A stretch of DNA of 64,000 nucleotides from Leptospirillum sp. (GTDB taxonomy: Bacteria; Nitrospirota; Leptospirillia; Leptospirillales; Leptospirillaceae): NCBI GenBank assembly GCA_037442005.1, contig JBBIRA010000001.1, positions 9,454-73,453 of the forward strand. Direction: 5' to 3'. This document shows, piece after piece, positions 17,993-28,273 of the stretch. Below the pieces are notes generated by a model that made no database searches, had not been told where the DNA came from, and worked only from the letters and a program-made list of their open reading frames with translations. Both the position numbers and the translations under genes were made by a program. Numbering within the stretch: position 1 is the stretch's first letter; each line of letters begins with the position of its first letter.

Positions 17993-20900
17993 TTACGATT
18001 TAAGAAGTTCCATCATCATTTCAAGGCTCATTGATACAGATGCGTCCGCCCCTTCAAGAAGAGAGTCGGCCAGTTCTCTTTTCACTTTGTGCAGCTCCAG
18101 GATTTTCTCCTCGATTGTTTTTCCGGAAACAAGCCGGTAAACGGTGACCGGTTTGCTTTGTCCGATCCGGTGGGCCCGGTCGGTGGCCTGGTCTTCGACC
18201 GCAGGGTTCCACCAGGGGTCCATGTGAATCACATAATCGGCTCCGGTGAGGTTTAATCCCGTTCCCCCCGCTTTCAGACTGATCAGGAAAAGATCTCCTT
18301 CCCCCGCCTGAAAACGGTCGATGAGACGGCCGCGTTCTTTTTGGGGAGTGCTCCCGTCGAGTGAGAGGAAGGGAACGCTTTTCTCCTCGAGGGCTGTTTT
18401 CAGCAGGGTTAAGTGATCGACAAAAGCGGAAAATACTAGGGCGCGATGGTTGTTTTCCCGTAACTCAGAGACAAGTTCCAGAAAAGCATTGATTTTTGCT
18501 CCCGGCCGGAAGCCTTTTTCCGGGAGGACGAGGAAAGGGTTGCAGGCGGCTCTCCGGAGTTTCATGAGGCTTGAAAGAAGAATCATGCTCCGTCCTTTGG
18601 GATCCGGGGAGGATTCGACTTGGTCGATGGCTTCCTGTCGGATTGTTTCGTAGAGGGCCCGTTCTTCCGGATCGAGCTCAATCGAAAGATTGATTTCGGT
18701 TTTGGGGGGGAGGTCTTCCAGAACATGGTGTTTCATTCTCCGGAGGAGAAAGGGCTGAATCTTTTTTCGAAGACGAAGTCGTGTGGCCGCATCCTTGTTT
18801 TGCTCGATCGGCAGAATGAATTGCTCCCTGAATGTTTCTTTGGCACCGAGGTATCCCGGATTGAGAAAGCGAAACAGGGACCAGAGCTCCTGAAGGTGGT
18901 TCTCTACAGGGGTTCCTGACGCCGCAATGCGAACATTGGCTTTGAGCCTGTAAGCAGCCTGGGCCCGTTGTGTGTCTGCATTCTTGATGGACTGGGCTTC
19001 ATCAAGAACGGCGACCTCAAAAGGGACATCGGCCAGAAGATCAATTTCATTGGCCAAAAGGGTATAGCTTGTCAGAATCAGCTGGTGGGGTAATGCATTT
19101 TCGAGAATCTCTCTCCGATTCCCCTCATAGAGGGAGATGATCTTGAGTGTGGGGGCAAAGCGCGCAGCTTCGCTGGCCCAGTTTCCGACAACGGAGGAGG
19201 GGGCAACAACAAGACAGGGCCCCTTTTCAGCCCGAGACAGGATCAGGGTCAGTATCTGGATTGTTTTTCCCAGTCCCATGTCATCGGCAAGGCAGGCTCC
19301 CGCTCCCCAATTGGCGAGACGGGAAAGCCACCGGAATCCTTCTTCCTGGTAGGGTCTGAGGGTGGCCTCCAGCGTTTTCGGGATGGGCTCGTCAAGGGAC
19401 TGGGATTTGTGAAACCGGTCAACGGTTTTTTTCCAGTCCGCTTTTTGCTTGACGAGCGTGCTGCCCGATGTGAGTGAGAGAAGGCCGGTGGAGAGCGTGT
19501 CGATGTGGACTTCTCCTTTCTCGAAGTGGCTATGGGACGCAATATCACCGATCTGCTCCAGGAGGGATTTCGAAAGGGCGAGAAATTCGCCTTCGCCGAG
19601 CGGGAGGAATCGTCCGCTTCTCATTTTGTAGGCGGTGACAATTTGAGAGAGGGAATAGGGAATATGGTCTTCTGTTTCCATCTCTCCGGAAAGCCAGAAC
19701 CCTTCCGGACGGGGAACCGGTATAATGTCAAAAGAAGTTTTCCTGGACTGACTCAACCGGATCTGTCTTCCTTCAGGCCATTCAACCACCGGGGGGTCGG
19801 CGAGGAGATGGATTTCGTCGAGCAATGTCAGGAGAGCGAGAGGACTGTCCAACAGCCATTCGAGATCATCAGGGGCGTCTTCCCCCAGAGAAGGTAACGC
19901 GCTGATCAGATTATTCTGACGGATCCGTTCACTCGAAAGGTCCCGTCTGGTCAGAACAGGGTGTTCTTCGATCTTTCCATAAATGGTCGGCAGCCCGATG
20001 CCCGGTGTGAAGGCCGGTGTCTCATCCCCCAGCGGTCTGATCCGGAGCGAGACACGGTATCCCTCTGATTCAGGAAGAATGAGAAACCGCATCCGGTTAT
20101 CGGGGGGCAACTCCTCCCGTCCGAGCCCATCTCCAGTCCACTCTGAAAAGATCGTTATCGACCCCTCCAGCGTCCGGAAGAGATCGCGAATTTCTCCCGA
20201 CGCTTTTTCGGGAATGGAAAGGTTATCCGGAATCATCCGGGACAGGATCTCTTCTTTCCCGGTCATTTGCAAAAGGGTGATTTGCCGTGGAGGATCCCAC
20301 TCAAGAAAAGCCGGTCTCTTTCCATTGATGCTGGCCGGGTGGATCCGGATCTCGACCACCGGGCCTTTTTTTTCCGCATGAATCTCCGGATGGGCCCGGC
20401 GGATTTTTATCGGCATTCCGGCCGGGTCATTCCAATAAACATGAGGGTGATCAACCAGCGCATCCAGAAGGGGAAGGGTTTGCTCCTTGTTCTGGATGTA
20501 GGTATAGAGAAATTTTGATTGGTAGATCCCTAAGGGGAGCAACTCCTGTGAGGAAGCGTCCGGGAAGCCGGTGAGGGGATTCTCAAGACGCTTTCGGCTG
20601 AGGGGCTTCGGCGTTCCCCATCGACCGGATTTCATTCTTTTTTGCTCGAGGGGGAGAATGTTCACCGCTTCCCTGGAGGGAACCAGAAGCCAGAGAATCC
20701 GCTGGTTTGGCTCGGTTGAATGGTTTTCCGGATTCTCTTCCGGCAAGGAAAAGGTCTTCTTCAAAAGACTGACCGTTCGTTTCCATTGGGGAACGGGTCG
20801 AAAGACACCCAGAAACTCAAGCGGTGTTTCCGGGGGCAACAACCCTTCACTGATCCGATAGAGCACCTGGAGCTCTGAAAAAAGAGTTGCCCAGATTCCC

Positions 20901-22249
20901 CAACCGTTTTTCCCGAGAAGGTCAACCATCGGACCCATGGCTTTTGAACCGGAAGAATCGCCGGCTGCTGCCCGGTCCGCATAAGCCAGTAATCCTGAAA
21001 ACAGGGTCAGCAGATCTTCTTCGGTGGGAAGGGACAAGACCATGTCGTCCACCGTCCTGTTATCCCCGGAGTGGTCTATTCCGTTCAGGATTTCCCAGAG
21101 GCGTAACCGGACGGAATCTCTTGACTCTAAATCCCGGGTGATTGCTGTCAGGTTGTTGTCACCTTCGAGCTCCTGAAGAATTTTCTTGTAGTCTGAGTCG
21201 GGATTTAAAATCTTTTCGAGAAAAAAGAAATCCTGGAAGGGGGGGGGTAACGTGATCTTCCTTTTTCCAAGGCATTTTTTATGGAGCTTCAATGCCTGCT
21301 GAAAGAATGTATCCGATTGCTGGAATGCGCCTGACTTGAGGGCTCTTAGGCCAGACAGGCAGAGTCCGGTAACACCCTGGTCCTGATTTTCGTTCGTCTC
21401 CGGGAGAAATCGGGTGAATTCAGCCGTGCAGAACATTCTGAGTTTCCGGACAAGGTTTTGGACCTTCTCTTTCCAGACAGGGGAAAGTGGCGTCTTTTCG
21501 GATTCAGCGAGGATCCGTTGAAGAATATCTTGAAAGGGAAAGACTGGCCCCCCATAGGAGAACAGTTCGTGAAAAAGAAGATCAACCAGGAGAATCCGCA
21601 GAGGGAGACTTTTCTGCTGGAACCAGTCAGGGTCAAACAGAAGGAAGACTTCCTGGAGAAGAACTGAACGGACAGTCTTGTCTCGTATGTGGCTTTTGGG
21701 ATTGGAGAGGATCTTCTCAATCTCAAGAGGCTGATCCGAATAGAGCAGAAAAAGAAGGAACGGTTTGACGAGAAAAGGGTTTTCGAGAATAAACAGAGGA
21801 TCTGATCCCCGGAAGTCTCCTCCTATGGTGATGTTTTTTTCCAGCGAGTTAACCATTCCTCTTTTGTCGGAATTCCTGTTGATCATCGGGGCGTGTTGCG
21901 TTTTGGAAAGAGAAAAGAGCCGATGGCCCTGTCCGGTTTGTCTTAGCCATTCCTTCTGGATAAGCCCTTCGGCAATCGCCATGACTTTTTTGTGCTGGGA
22001 AGGCGTCGGGTACGGGTCCCAGCGCGACAGCGACTGGGCGAGAAACATCCGGCTGAGGGTATGCTCCTGGATGGCGGAAGCCGATAGTCCAAGGATCCGG
22101 ACCACCATGGCCGCGTCAACGGATAATTGGCTGATTTCCTGCTCGAAACGAAGGGTGTCCTCACCTTTGACCGGAGTCAATGACCAGGAATGGTTTTTGA
22201 TCCAGTCGTTGAGAAATGACGTGCCCATGTCGGTTTTTACTTTTGCCAA
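17993..22249 (-). CDS. SNF2/SWI2-family ATPase (1418 aa)
   Basis: 'LRPYQ', 'LADDMGLGKT', 'DEAQ', 'SGTPVEN', 'LKAGGTGLNL', 'DPWWNPAVEDQATDRAHRIGQ'. Confidence 0.95.
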   Translation of the reverse strand: MAKVKTDMGTSFLNDWIKNHSWSLTPVKGEDTLRFEQEISQLSVDAAMVVRILGLSASAIQEHTLSRMFLAQSLSRWDPYPTPSQHKKVMAIAEGLIQKEWLRQTGQGHRLFSLSKTQHAPMINRNSDKRGMVNSLEKNITIGGDFRGSDPLFILENPFLVKPFLLFLLYSDQPLEIEKILSNPKSHIRDKTVRSVLLQEVFLLFDPDWFQQKSLPLRILLVDLLFHELFSYGGPVFPFQDILQRILAESEKTPLSPVWKEKVQNLVRKLRMFCTAEFTRFLPETNENQDQGVTGLCLSGLRALKSGAFQQSDTFFQQALKLHKKCLGKRKITLPPPFQDFFFLEKILNPDSDYKKILQELEGDNNLTAITRDLESRDSVRLRLWEILNGIDHSGDNRTVDDMVLSLPTEEDLLTLFSGLLAYADRAAAGDSSGSKAMGPMVDLLGKNGWGIWATLFSELQVLYRISEGLLPPETPLEFLGVFRPVPQWKRTVSLLKKTFSLPEENPENHSTEPNQRILWLLVPSREAVNILPLEQKRMKSGRWGTPKPLSRKRLENPLTGFPDASSQELLPLGIYQSKFLYTYIQNKEQTLPLLDALVDHPHVYWNDPAGMPIKIRRAHPEIHAEKKGPVVEIRIHPASINGKRPAFLEWDPPRQITLLQMTGKEEILSRMIPDNLSIPEKASGEIRDLFRTLEGSITIFSEWTGDGLGREELPPDNRMRFLILPESEGYRVSLRIRPLGDETPAFTPGIGLPTIYGKIEEHPVLTRRDLSSERIRQNNLISALPSLGEDAPDDLEWLLDSPLALLTLLDEIHLLADPPVVEWPEGRQIRLSQSRKTSFDIIPVPRPEGFWLSGEMETEDHIPYSLSQIVTAYKMRSGRFLPLGEGEFLALSKSLLEQIGDIASHSHFEKGEVHIDTLSTGLLSLTSGSTLVKQKADWKKTVDRFHKSQSLDEPIPKTLEATLRPYQEEGFRWLSRLANWGAGACLADDMGLGKTIQILTLILSRAEKGPCLVVAPSSVVGNWASEAARFAPTLKIISLYEGNRREILENALPHQLILTSYTLLANEIDLLADVPFEVAVLDEAQSIKNADTQRAQAAYRLKANVRIAASGTPVENHLQELWSLFRFLNPGYLGAKETFREQFILPIEQNKDAATRLRLRKKIQPFLLRRMKHHVLEDLPPKTEINLSIELDPEERALYETIRQEAIDQVESSPDPKGRSMILLSSLMKLRRAACNPFLVLPEKGFRPGAKINAFLELVSELRENNHRALVFSAFVDHLTLLKTALEEKSVPFLSLDGSTPQKERGRLIDRFQAGEGDLFLISLKAGGTGLNLTGADYVIHMDPWWNPAVEDQATDRAHRIGQSKPVTVYRLVSGKTIEEKILELHKVKRELADSLLEGADASVSMSLEMMMELLKS

Positions 22250-22513
22250 GAGTCCTCTTCCTGAAAGGATTAAGTGTGCGCAGTTTACGTGATAGCCGGA
22301 ACCATCATATCAAAAGATGATTCATCAATAAAACTTGGCGTTGTGCATTTGGAATATTCGCTCTCCCCGATTGGGTGGCCGGCTGGCTCTTGCTGCAACG
22401 GACCCGGATGAGCGATATCCTTTATTCTGCCCCGCAGGGAAGGAGGACTCTTTATCCTCTGGTGACTGGTTTGAAATTGATTCCCCCCTCGGCTACACTT
22501 TACAAAGCGGGTA

Positions 22514-23245
22514 TTGTTTTATCAGGATTCCACAGGGTCAGATGAGTCCGCCAGAAGGGAGACCGGGATGGTTAGAGGAGGCTATAAGGGGATTGATTCG
22601 TTTTTGTTCCTGTATGCGCTTCAGTTACCTCAATCTTCTCTGGTCTGCGGAAGCAGGGAGATGCGTCCCGTTTCGATCTTCCCCCACCGCACGCTGGGAG
22701 GCATTCACATCTCTCTGACAGGGTTCAGAAAAGGCACACTGTCTTTGTTGTCGGGATACTATGAGTGTGACGGAGTGAAGGGTTTTCTCGAAGCCCCCTC
22801 GGATCTTCGGGATACCCTGTCAATCCGGGAGATCCTCCCTTCCGGGGGATGGATCTTTGAGGGGGAGGGATCGCTTTTCCCCCGTGGTGGATGCATCGAG
22901 GCACGGGTAAGGGCGACGTTGCCGATGCGAAAGACATTCAACTTTATGGATGTCCGGCATGGTGTTGTTTACTTCCGGCAGGATGCCGGGGCTATGTTGT
23001 CCCTTCTGTCCGTGAGCGGGACCTGGTCTCTGCGCATTCAGAAGGTGCTTGGAACGGGGTGGAAGGTCGCCACAATGGGGTACCGCTCCTCTGCGGTCCG
23101 GGCGGATCAGGTTCTCGGGCGGGGTGCTCTTCCGGTTATGGATCCCGACGCGTTGTCCTGCCGCCCGGCTTCGGAAAGCCGCAGGAGGGACCTTGAGCCC
23201 TTGGACATCCCTCAGCCTCTCTGTCTTGCGGGAAAAGAAAAATGA
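22514..23245 (+). CDS. Hypothetical protein
   Basis: Longest ORF in the gap, co-oriented with downstream operon; no motif firmly recognised; start uncertain. Confidence 0.45.
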   Translation: MFYQDSTGSDESARRETGMVRGGYKGIDSFLFLYALQLPQSSLVCGSREMRPVSIFPHRTLGGIHISLTGFRKGTLSLLSGYYECDGVKGFLEAPSDLRDTLSIREILPSGGWIFEGEGSLFPRGGCIEARVRATLPMRKTFNFMDVRHGVVYFRQDAGAMLSLLSVSGTWSLRIQKVLGTGWKVATMGYRSSAVRADQVLGRGALPVMDPDALSCRPASESRRRDLEPLDIPQPLCLAGKEK

Positions 23246-23433
23246 GCGGCTCCGGATCTCCGTTGTCCTTTTGCTTTTCACGCTAAACAGATGAACTCCA
23301 CCCTCACCAGATGATTTTCCTTTACCCCGGCTTGCCACAGGGTGAGCCCCCGGGGCATAGTGGTGGTTCCTGTTTTACCATCCGGTTGGTCAATAGAGTT
23401 GGTCATCAGATATCGATAGAAGATGGAGGCGAT

Positions 23434-25734
23434 GTGTCAGATGCTTTGGGAGTCCAGTTCCCGAAAAGGGTTTCCGGGACCGGGAGTCCAATACGGTTCA
23501 GGCTGAAGAAGACTCTTCGGACTTCGGTCCTTGTTCCGGCTCTTTTCGGGGCGATTCTCGGGGGCTGTCATATGGAATCGCAAACCCCCGCCGGACCGCT
23601 GGTCGGGGAAACAAAAATTTCCCGGACGAAACCCCTTCCGATAGACTCTCCCAGACCCTGGCAGTCCTATTACCATGAACTTGAATCCTATGTCGATGAA
23701 GATCTGGGCAATCCCTTTCTGGCATTGGATGAAACGGAGAAAGTCCTGTCTTATCGTCCCCATTCCCTGTCGATGCAGCTGAGAAAGGCTCATTTGCAGG
23801 AGAAGATCGGTGATTCCAAGGGGGCCATCAAAACGCTGGAAAAACTCACCAATGAATACCCGAAGCGCCTCTCTCCCTGGCTTTATCTCGCCAGGGTCGA
23901 GCGGGTTGAAGCGCTCCGTATCTCTGACCCGACGCTTCGGAACATGCGCTTTGAAGATATTATCACCCTGTATCGACAGCATGTTTTGCCGCTTGACCCC
24001 TTGAAGGAAGAGGCCTATGTGTCGCTTGACGACCTGTATAACCGGACGGGACAGCGGGAAAAAGGAATCGAAGTCCTGAAGGAAGGTGTTTCCCGCAATC
24101 CCGCTTCCAGCTATCTGCCGTTCTATCTTGGCTTTCAGATGGCAAGAATGAAGGATTATGACGGGGCAAGGGGAGCATTCCGGTTATCAGTCCGGAGAAA
24201 TAGCGGATTTGAACCCGGGTGGGAGTCTCTCGGAGACTTGGAGGCAACCCTGGGGAACTATCCGGAAGCGGACAAAGACTACAGGCTGATCCTTACCCGT
24301 CTTCATCCGGGGGATCCCCAGGTGGAGGGGAAGCTTCTGAAAGATCTTCTTGCTGAAGGAAAAAATCGTGAAGCCATTTCTTTCCTTGGGCAGGTGATCA
24401 AGGAGCATCCGGATGATGAACGGTTCGGACTGATTCTGACGTCGCTTTTTCTCGAGGATAATCAGCTCGACCGGGCCATCGGGGAAATCCAGAAAATCAT
24501 CCGGGACAACCCCGGAGATGAAAAGCTCCTTTCCTTTCTGGGATCCGTCTACGAGCGTTCCCAGCATCTTCCTGAAGCCATGGATGCCTACAGGATGATG
24601 ATCCGGAGATTCCCCCAGAGCGATCTGGGCTATTTCCTTCTGGGAGATCTGTACCGACGTCTAGACAATCCCCGGGCAGCAATCGTCAACTTCAGGAAAG
24701 CCCGCGAACTGGCTCCCAAAAAATGGGAGATCCCGTTTTCAATGTGTCTTGCCGAAATGGATCTGAAAGCATTCCCGAAAGCCAAGTCGGACCTTGATCA
24801 GGCGATGGCCTTGAGCCCGAACAGTGCCCTCCTGTACTTCAACCGGGGTGTCCTTTATGACCAGTGGAACCACAAACGGTATGCCAGACAGTCTCAACGG
24901 GATCTGGAACGCGCCATCTCGATTGACCCCAAGATGGGCGATGCACTGAACTATCTCGGCTATACATGGGTTGAAAAAAAGGAGCAACTGATTGAGGCCC
25001 GATATTTGATCCTGAGAGCGTTGACACAGGATCCCAAAAACGGGTCTTTCCGGGACAGTATCGGCTGGTGCTATTACCGGATGGGGCAGTGGTTCAAAGC
25101 TCTTCGTGAGGAGTCTTCCGCCTATGTCCTGATGCCCCATGATGCGACGGTTCTGTCTCATCTGTCCCAAATTGAAATGTTGGTCGTCAGACATCTCTCC
25201 CCGTCTGAGATCACACCGAGAAGACAGGCTATTGTTGCGGGATCGGTTGCGATGTCTTCGGTTTCCGGAAAGACCTTCGACCTGAATACGGCCCGGTCGA
25301 GGCTCCGGGAGGATGCCAGACTTCATCTCCGGGCTTCGGTCATGCGCCATCCGATGAAGCCCCTGAGAGTTTCCCGGTATGAAAAACTCTTTGGCAGGAA
25401 AGATCCCTCTTTCCGGGATGATCTGGCCAAGGCAAAGAAAGAATGGCATCTTCTCCATCCCGGGAAAGGACATCCTTCTCTCTACCGGGTCCGGACTGGA
25501 GATACCCTGCAGACGATTGCGGCCAAAGGACGGATTTATGGGGATCCCCGGTACTGGCATCGCCTCCTTGAGGCAAATAAAGAAAAAGTTAAAAACCCGA
25601 ATGAGTTACCGTGGGGGATGCTTCTGGTGATCCCGCCTCTTTCGAAGGGGACCGACGTCCGCTCTCATTCTCAGAGGGGTGTTTCAGGCAGGACTGTTTC
25701 TTTTTATACCGGAGGACTTTTTTATGTCGGATAA
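23434..25734 (+). CDS. TPR-repeat lipoprotein with C-terminal LysM domain
   Basis: GTG after GGAGG; lipobox LGGC; many TPRs incl. 'ALNYLGYTW', 'DSIGWCYYRMG'; LysM 'YRVRTGDTLQTIA..IYGDPRYW..LEANK..KNPNEL..G..LVIP'. Confidence 0.85.
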   Translation: MSDALGVQFPKRVSGTGSPIRFRLKKTLRTSVLVPALFGAILGGCHMESQTPAGPLVGETKISRTKPLPIDSPRPWQSYYHELESYVDEDLGNPFLALDETEKVLSYRPHSLSMQLRKAHLQEKIGDSKGAIKTLEKLTNEYPKRLSPWLYLARVERVEALRISDPTLRNMRFEDIITLYRQHVLPLDPLKEEAYVSLDDLYNRTGQREKGIEVLKEGVSRNPASSYLPFYLGFQMARMKDYDGARGAFRLSVRRNSGFEPGWESLGDLEATLGNYPEADKDYRLILTRLHPGDPQVEGKLLKDLLAEGKNREAISFLGQVIKEHPDDERFGLILTSLFLEDNQLDRAIGEIQKIIRDNPGDEKLLSFLGSVYERSQHLPEAMDAYRMMIRRFPQSDLGYFLLGDLYRRLDNPRAAIVNFRKARELAPKKWEIPFSMCLAEMDLKAFPKAKSDLDQAMALSPNSALLYFNRGVLYDQWNHKRYARQSQRDLERAISIDPKMGDALNYLGYTWVEKKEQLIEARYLILRALTQDPKNGSFRDSIGWCYYRMGQWFKALREESSAYVLMPHDATVLSHLSQIEMLVVRHLSPSEITPRRQAIVAGSVAMSSVSGKTFDLNTARSRLREDARLHLRASVMRHPMKPLRVSRYEKLFGRKDPSFRDDLAKAKKEWHLLHPGKGHPSLYRVRTGDTLQTIAAKGRIYGDPRYWHRLLEANKEKVKNPNELPWGMLLVIPPLSKGTDVRSHSQRGVSGRTVSFYTGGLFYVG

Positions 25735-26908
25735 ACAGCAGATGGTGTCCCCCGTGCCTTTTTTTGACCTCACCCGCCAGTATGCAGCCATGAAAGAAGA
25801 GATCATTCCTGTCGTGGAGTCGGTTCTGTCAACCCAGCAATTCATTCTGGGGGAGTCCGTCCGGCGATTTGAGGACAGAATGGCGGCTTTCTGGAAAATG
25901 CCTCATGCGGTCGGGGTGGCCTCAGGGACTGATGCCCTGATCCTCTCCTTGCGGGCCGCCGGGCTTACAGAGGGGGAAACCGTTCTGGTCCCGTCCTTTA
26001 CGTTCTATGCGTCGGTTTCATCGATCGTTCTCGCTGGCGGCCTCCCCCTTTTTACCGAGGTGAATCCCGAATCCTTTGTGATGACGGTGAGCGATCTTGC
26101 CAGAATCCTTGATGAACGGGGAGAGCGCCGGGGAAGAGAGTGGTATGACAAACTGACAGGGTCCCCCATTAGGGGCATTGTCGTGGTTCATCTTTATGGT
26201 CAGATGGCCAATATGGCGGAATTGGCCTCTTTTGCCAAAACTCAAGGGCTGTGGATTGTGGAGGATGCCTGCCAGGCGATCGGGGCGCTTGATCATGGGA
26301 CCCCTCCGGGAACCCATTCGGTCGCCGCGGCCTATTCGTTTTTCCCCACCAAAAATCTGGGTGGGGGCGGAGATGGGGGGATGATTGCCACCACCAGGGA
26401 GGATGTGGACCGTCACTTGCGTTCCCTCCGGGTCCATGGGAGCACCAGACGTTACTATCATGACGAGTTGGGATATAACTCCCGACTGGACTCCTTGCAG
26501 GCAACCATCCTGAACGTGAAGCTGGATCATCTTCCGGCCTGGAACAGAAAAAGAGAGAACTTTGCCGACGAGTATGTCCGTACGTTAAAAGATTGTCCTG
26601 GCCTCCTGCTCCCTCAAGTGTCGCCGGAATCAACACATGTTTTCCACCAGTTCACGATTCAACTGACCGGACCGGGATCACGGGACCGTCTCAAGGAAAG
26701 CCTTTCCCGTAAAGGGGTCGGGTCAGAGATCTATTATCCGCTTCCTCAGCATCGTCAGCCCGCTTTTTCCCATCTTCCCGAACAGCATCTGCCTGTGACG
26801 GATCTTTTGTCGGACCAGGTGTTGTCCCTTCCCGTTTTTCCTGAGCTGACAGAAGGGGAGCAAGACCGGGTGATTACGGCGATCCGGGAAGAGTATGCTA
26901 CTCCCTGA
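25724..26908 (+). CDS. DegT/DnrJ/EryC1/StrS sugar aminotransferase
   Basis: 'ASGTDAL', 'VHLYGQ', 'EDACQAIG', 'SFFPTKNLG..GDGG', 'GYNSRLD'; GGAGGA RBS. Confidence 0.92.
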   Translation: MSDKQQMVSPVPFFDLTRQYAAMKEEIIPVVESVLSTQQFILGESVRRFEDRMAAFWKMPHAVGVASGTDALILSLRAAGLTEGETVLVPSFTFYASVSSIVLAGGLPLFTEVNPESFVMTVSDLARILDERGERRGREWYDKLTGSPIRGIVVVHLYGQMANMAELASFAKTQGLWIVEDACQAIGALDHGTPPGTHSVAAAYSFFPTKNLGGGGDGGMIATTREDVDRHLRSLRVHGSTRRYYHDELGYNSRLDSLQATILNVKLDHLPAWNRKRENFADEYVRTLKDCPGLLLPQVSPESTHVFHQFTIQLTGPGSRDRLKESLSRKGVGSEIYYPLPQHRQPAFSHLPEQHLPVTDLLSDQVLSLPVFPELTEGEQDRVITAIREEYATP

Positions 26909-27584
26909 CGGTGATTTTCCTGACAAGGGTCAGCGAGTCCTGCTGATCCTCGGGACAGACACCAATGTCGGGAAAACACGGGTTTCATCGGCTCTGGCAG
27001 GGCAATATCTTGCTTCTGGAGAACCGGTGACCTACTTAAAGCCCTTTCAGACTGGTGTCTCGGGAGCTTCAGATCCGGAAGGGGATGCTTTTTTCCTGAG
27101 AGCCCGGTACGGGAGTCACCCCCTTTTTCGAGCAACCACGTGGAGATTTTTTCCCGATCCGATTGATCCGATGACCGCTGCGAAAAGGGTGGGAGTGGAC
27201 CTTTCGACGATTCAACTGAAGACGGTGATGGAGCAGGAATTGTCCGCATCGGGGAAACTTGTCATTGAAGGGGCAGGCGGGGTTCTGTCTCCGGTCTTCC
27301 CCGATGGGCAAGGAATCCTTGCGGCGTTTTCCAATGTTCCCTGGCCTTATCACCTGATTTTGGTTTCCCATCCCCATCTTGGGACCCTGTCTTCAACGCT
27401 TCTTTCAGTCAATTATCTGCGGGAAGTCGGGAGCCAGATCTCCCTGTCCCTGATTCTCGTTCCGAGACCGATCGGGGATCAGTCCCTTGCTGCCCGCTTG
27501 AACCCTGACATTCTGGCCGGACTCCTTCCCGACATCGGGGTTTACCGCATGGAGAACGACCGTTTTCTTCGTGTTCCCGGCTGA
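26895..27584 (+). CDS. bioD: Dethiobiotin synthase
   Basis: 'GTDTNVGKT', 'KPFQTG', 'VIEGAGG', 'LGTLS'. Confidence 0.9.
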   Translation: MLLPDGDFPDKGQRVLLILGTDTNVGKTRVSSALAGQYLASGEPVTYLKPFQTGVSGASDPEGDAFFLRARYGSHPLFRATTWRFFPDPIDPMTAAKRVGVDLSTIQLKTVMEQELSASGKLVIEGAGGVLSPVFPDGQGILAAFSNVPWPYHLILVSHPHLGTLSSTLLSVNYLREVGSQISLSLILVPRPIGDQSLAARLNPDILAGLLPDIGVYRMENDRFLRVPG

Positions 27585-27674
27585 AAGGACAGTCCGGCAC
27601 CTAGGTCTCCATTGGCTCTCCCCTCATCTGAATGAGATCTGTATTCAATTGAGGGGTGCTTCGACAGACTGTTC

Positions 27675-28250
27675 ATGGGAGAAGCGATGCTGACGATTCG
27701 TCCGATAAAAGCCCAGGATCGGGATCTGATTACTTGCTGGCCCGCTTATCCGGAAGAGTTTCGCGGACTTGATTACGCATTGCGGTCCGGGGGATGGCTT
27801 GATGAATACGGTCAAAAAGAGAATGCAAAAATCTATGCGATTGAGGAATCTGGTGATCTTGTCGGATTTACACTTCTGTCGGATGTCTCAATCCCTTCCC
27901 CTGAGTTTCGTATCGCCCTCCGGGCAGACCGGCTGGGACGGGGCGATGGGGAAGAGATTGTCCGGCTGACGCTGTCGGAGGGATTTTCCTCTTTTCCCCT
28001 GACAGGGGTCCATCTTTTGGTCCGGAAGAAAAATGTCAGGGCCTATCGTCTGTATATCCGTGTGGGGTTTCGTGTGGTGGGCGAGACCGTTCTTGATGTT
28101 CGTGGAGAGAAAACGGATTTCTGGCTTATGGAAATCGGGCGGGAGGATTTTCTCCCGTCCCGGTCTGTCCTGCCCGGAGAGTCATTCTTCGGGCAAGGGT
28201 CCGGAGTGACGCCCGCTCCGGAGACCCTGACAAGGAAAGAAGGTGGGTGA
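27675..28250 (+). CDS. GNAT N-acetyltransferase
   Basis: 'LVGF', 'GRGDG', 'NVRAYRLYIRVGF'. Confidence 0.8.
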   Translation: MGEAMLTIRPIKAQDRDLITCWPAYPEEFRGLDYALRSGGWLDEYGQKENAKIYAIEESGDLVGFTLLSDVSIPSPEFRIALRADRLGRGDGEEIVRLTLSEGFSSFPLTGVHLLVRKKNVRAYRLYIRVGFRVVGETVLDVRGEKTDFWLMEIGREDFLPSRSVLPGESFFGQGSGVTPAPETLTRKEGG

Positions 28251-28273
28251 CCCTTTAGAAAAGGAGACAGAAA

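Noticed and set aside
24739-25560. Long antisense ORFs (this one, 62485-63123, 40593-41222, 59091-59867, 61531-62214)
   Set aside because: Shadows of better-supported genes on the opposite strand, with no recognisable motifs
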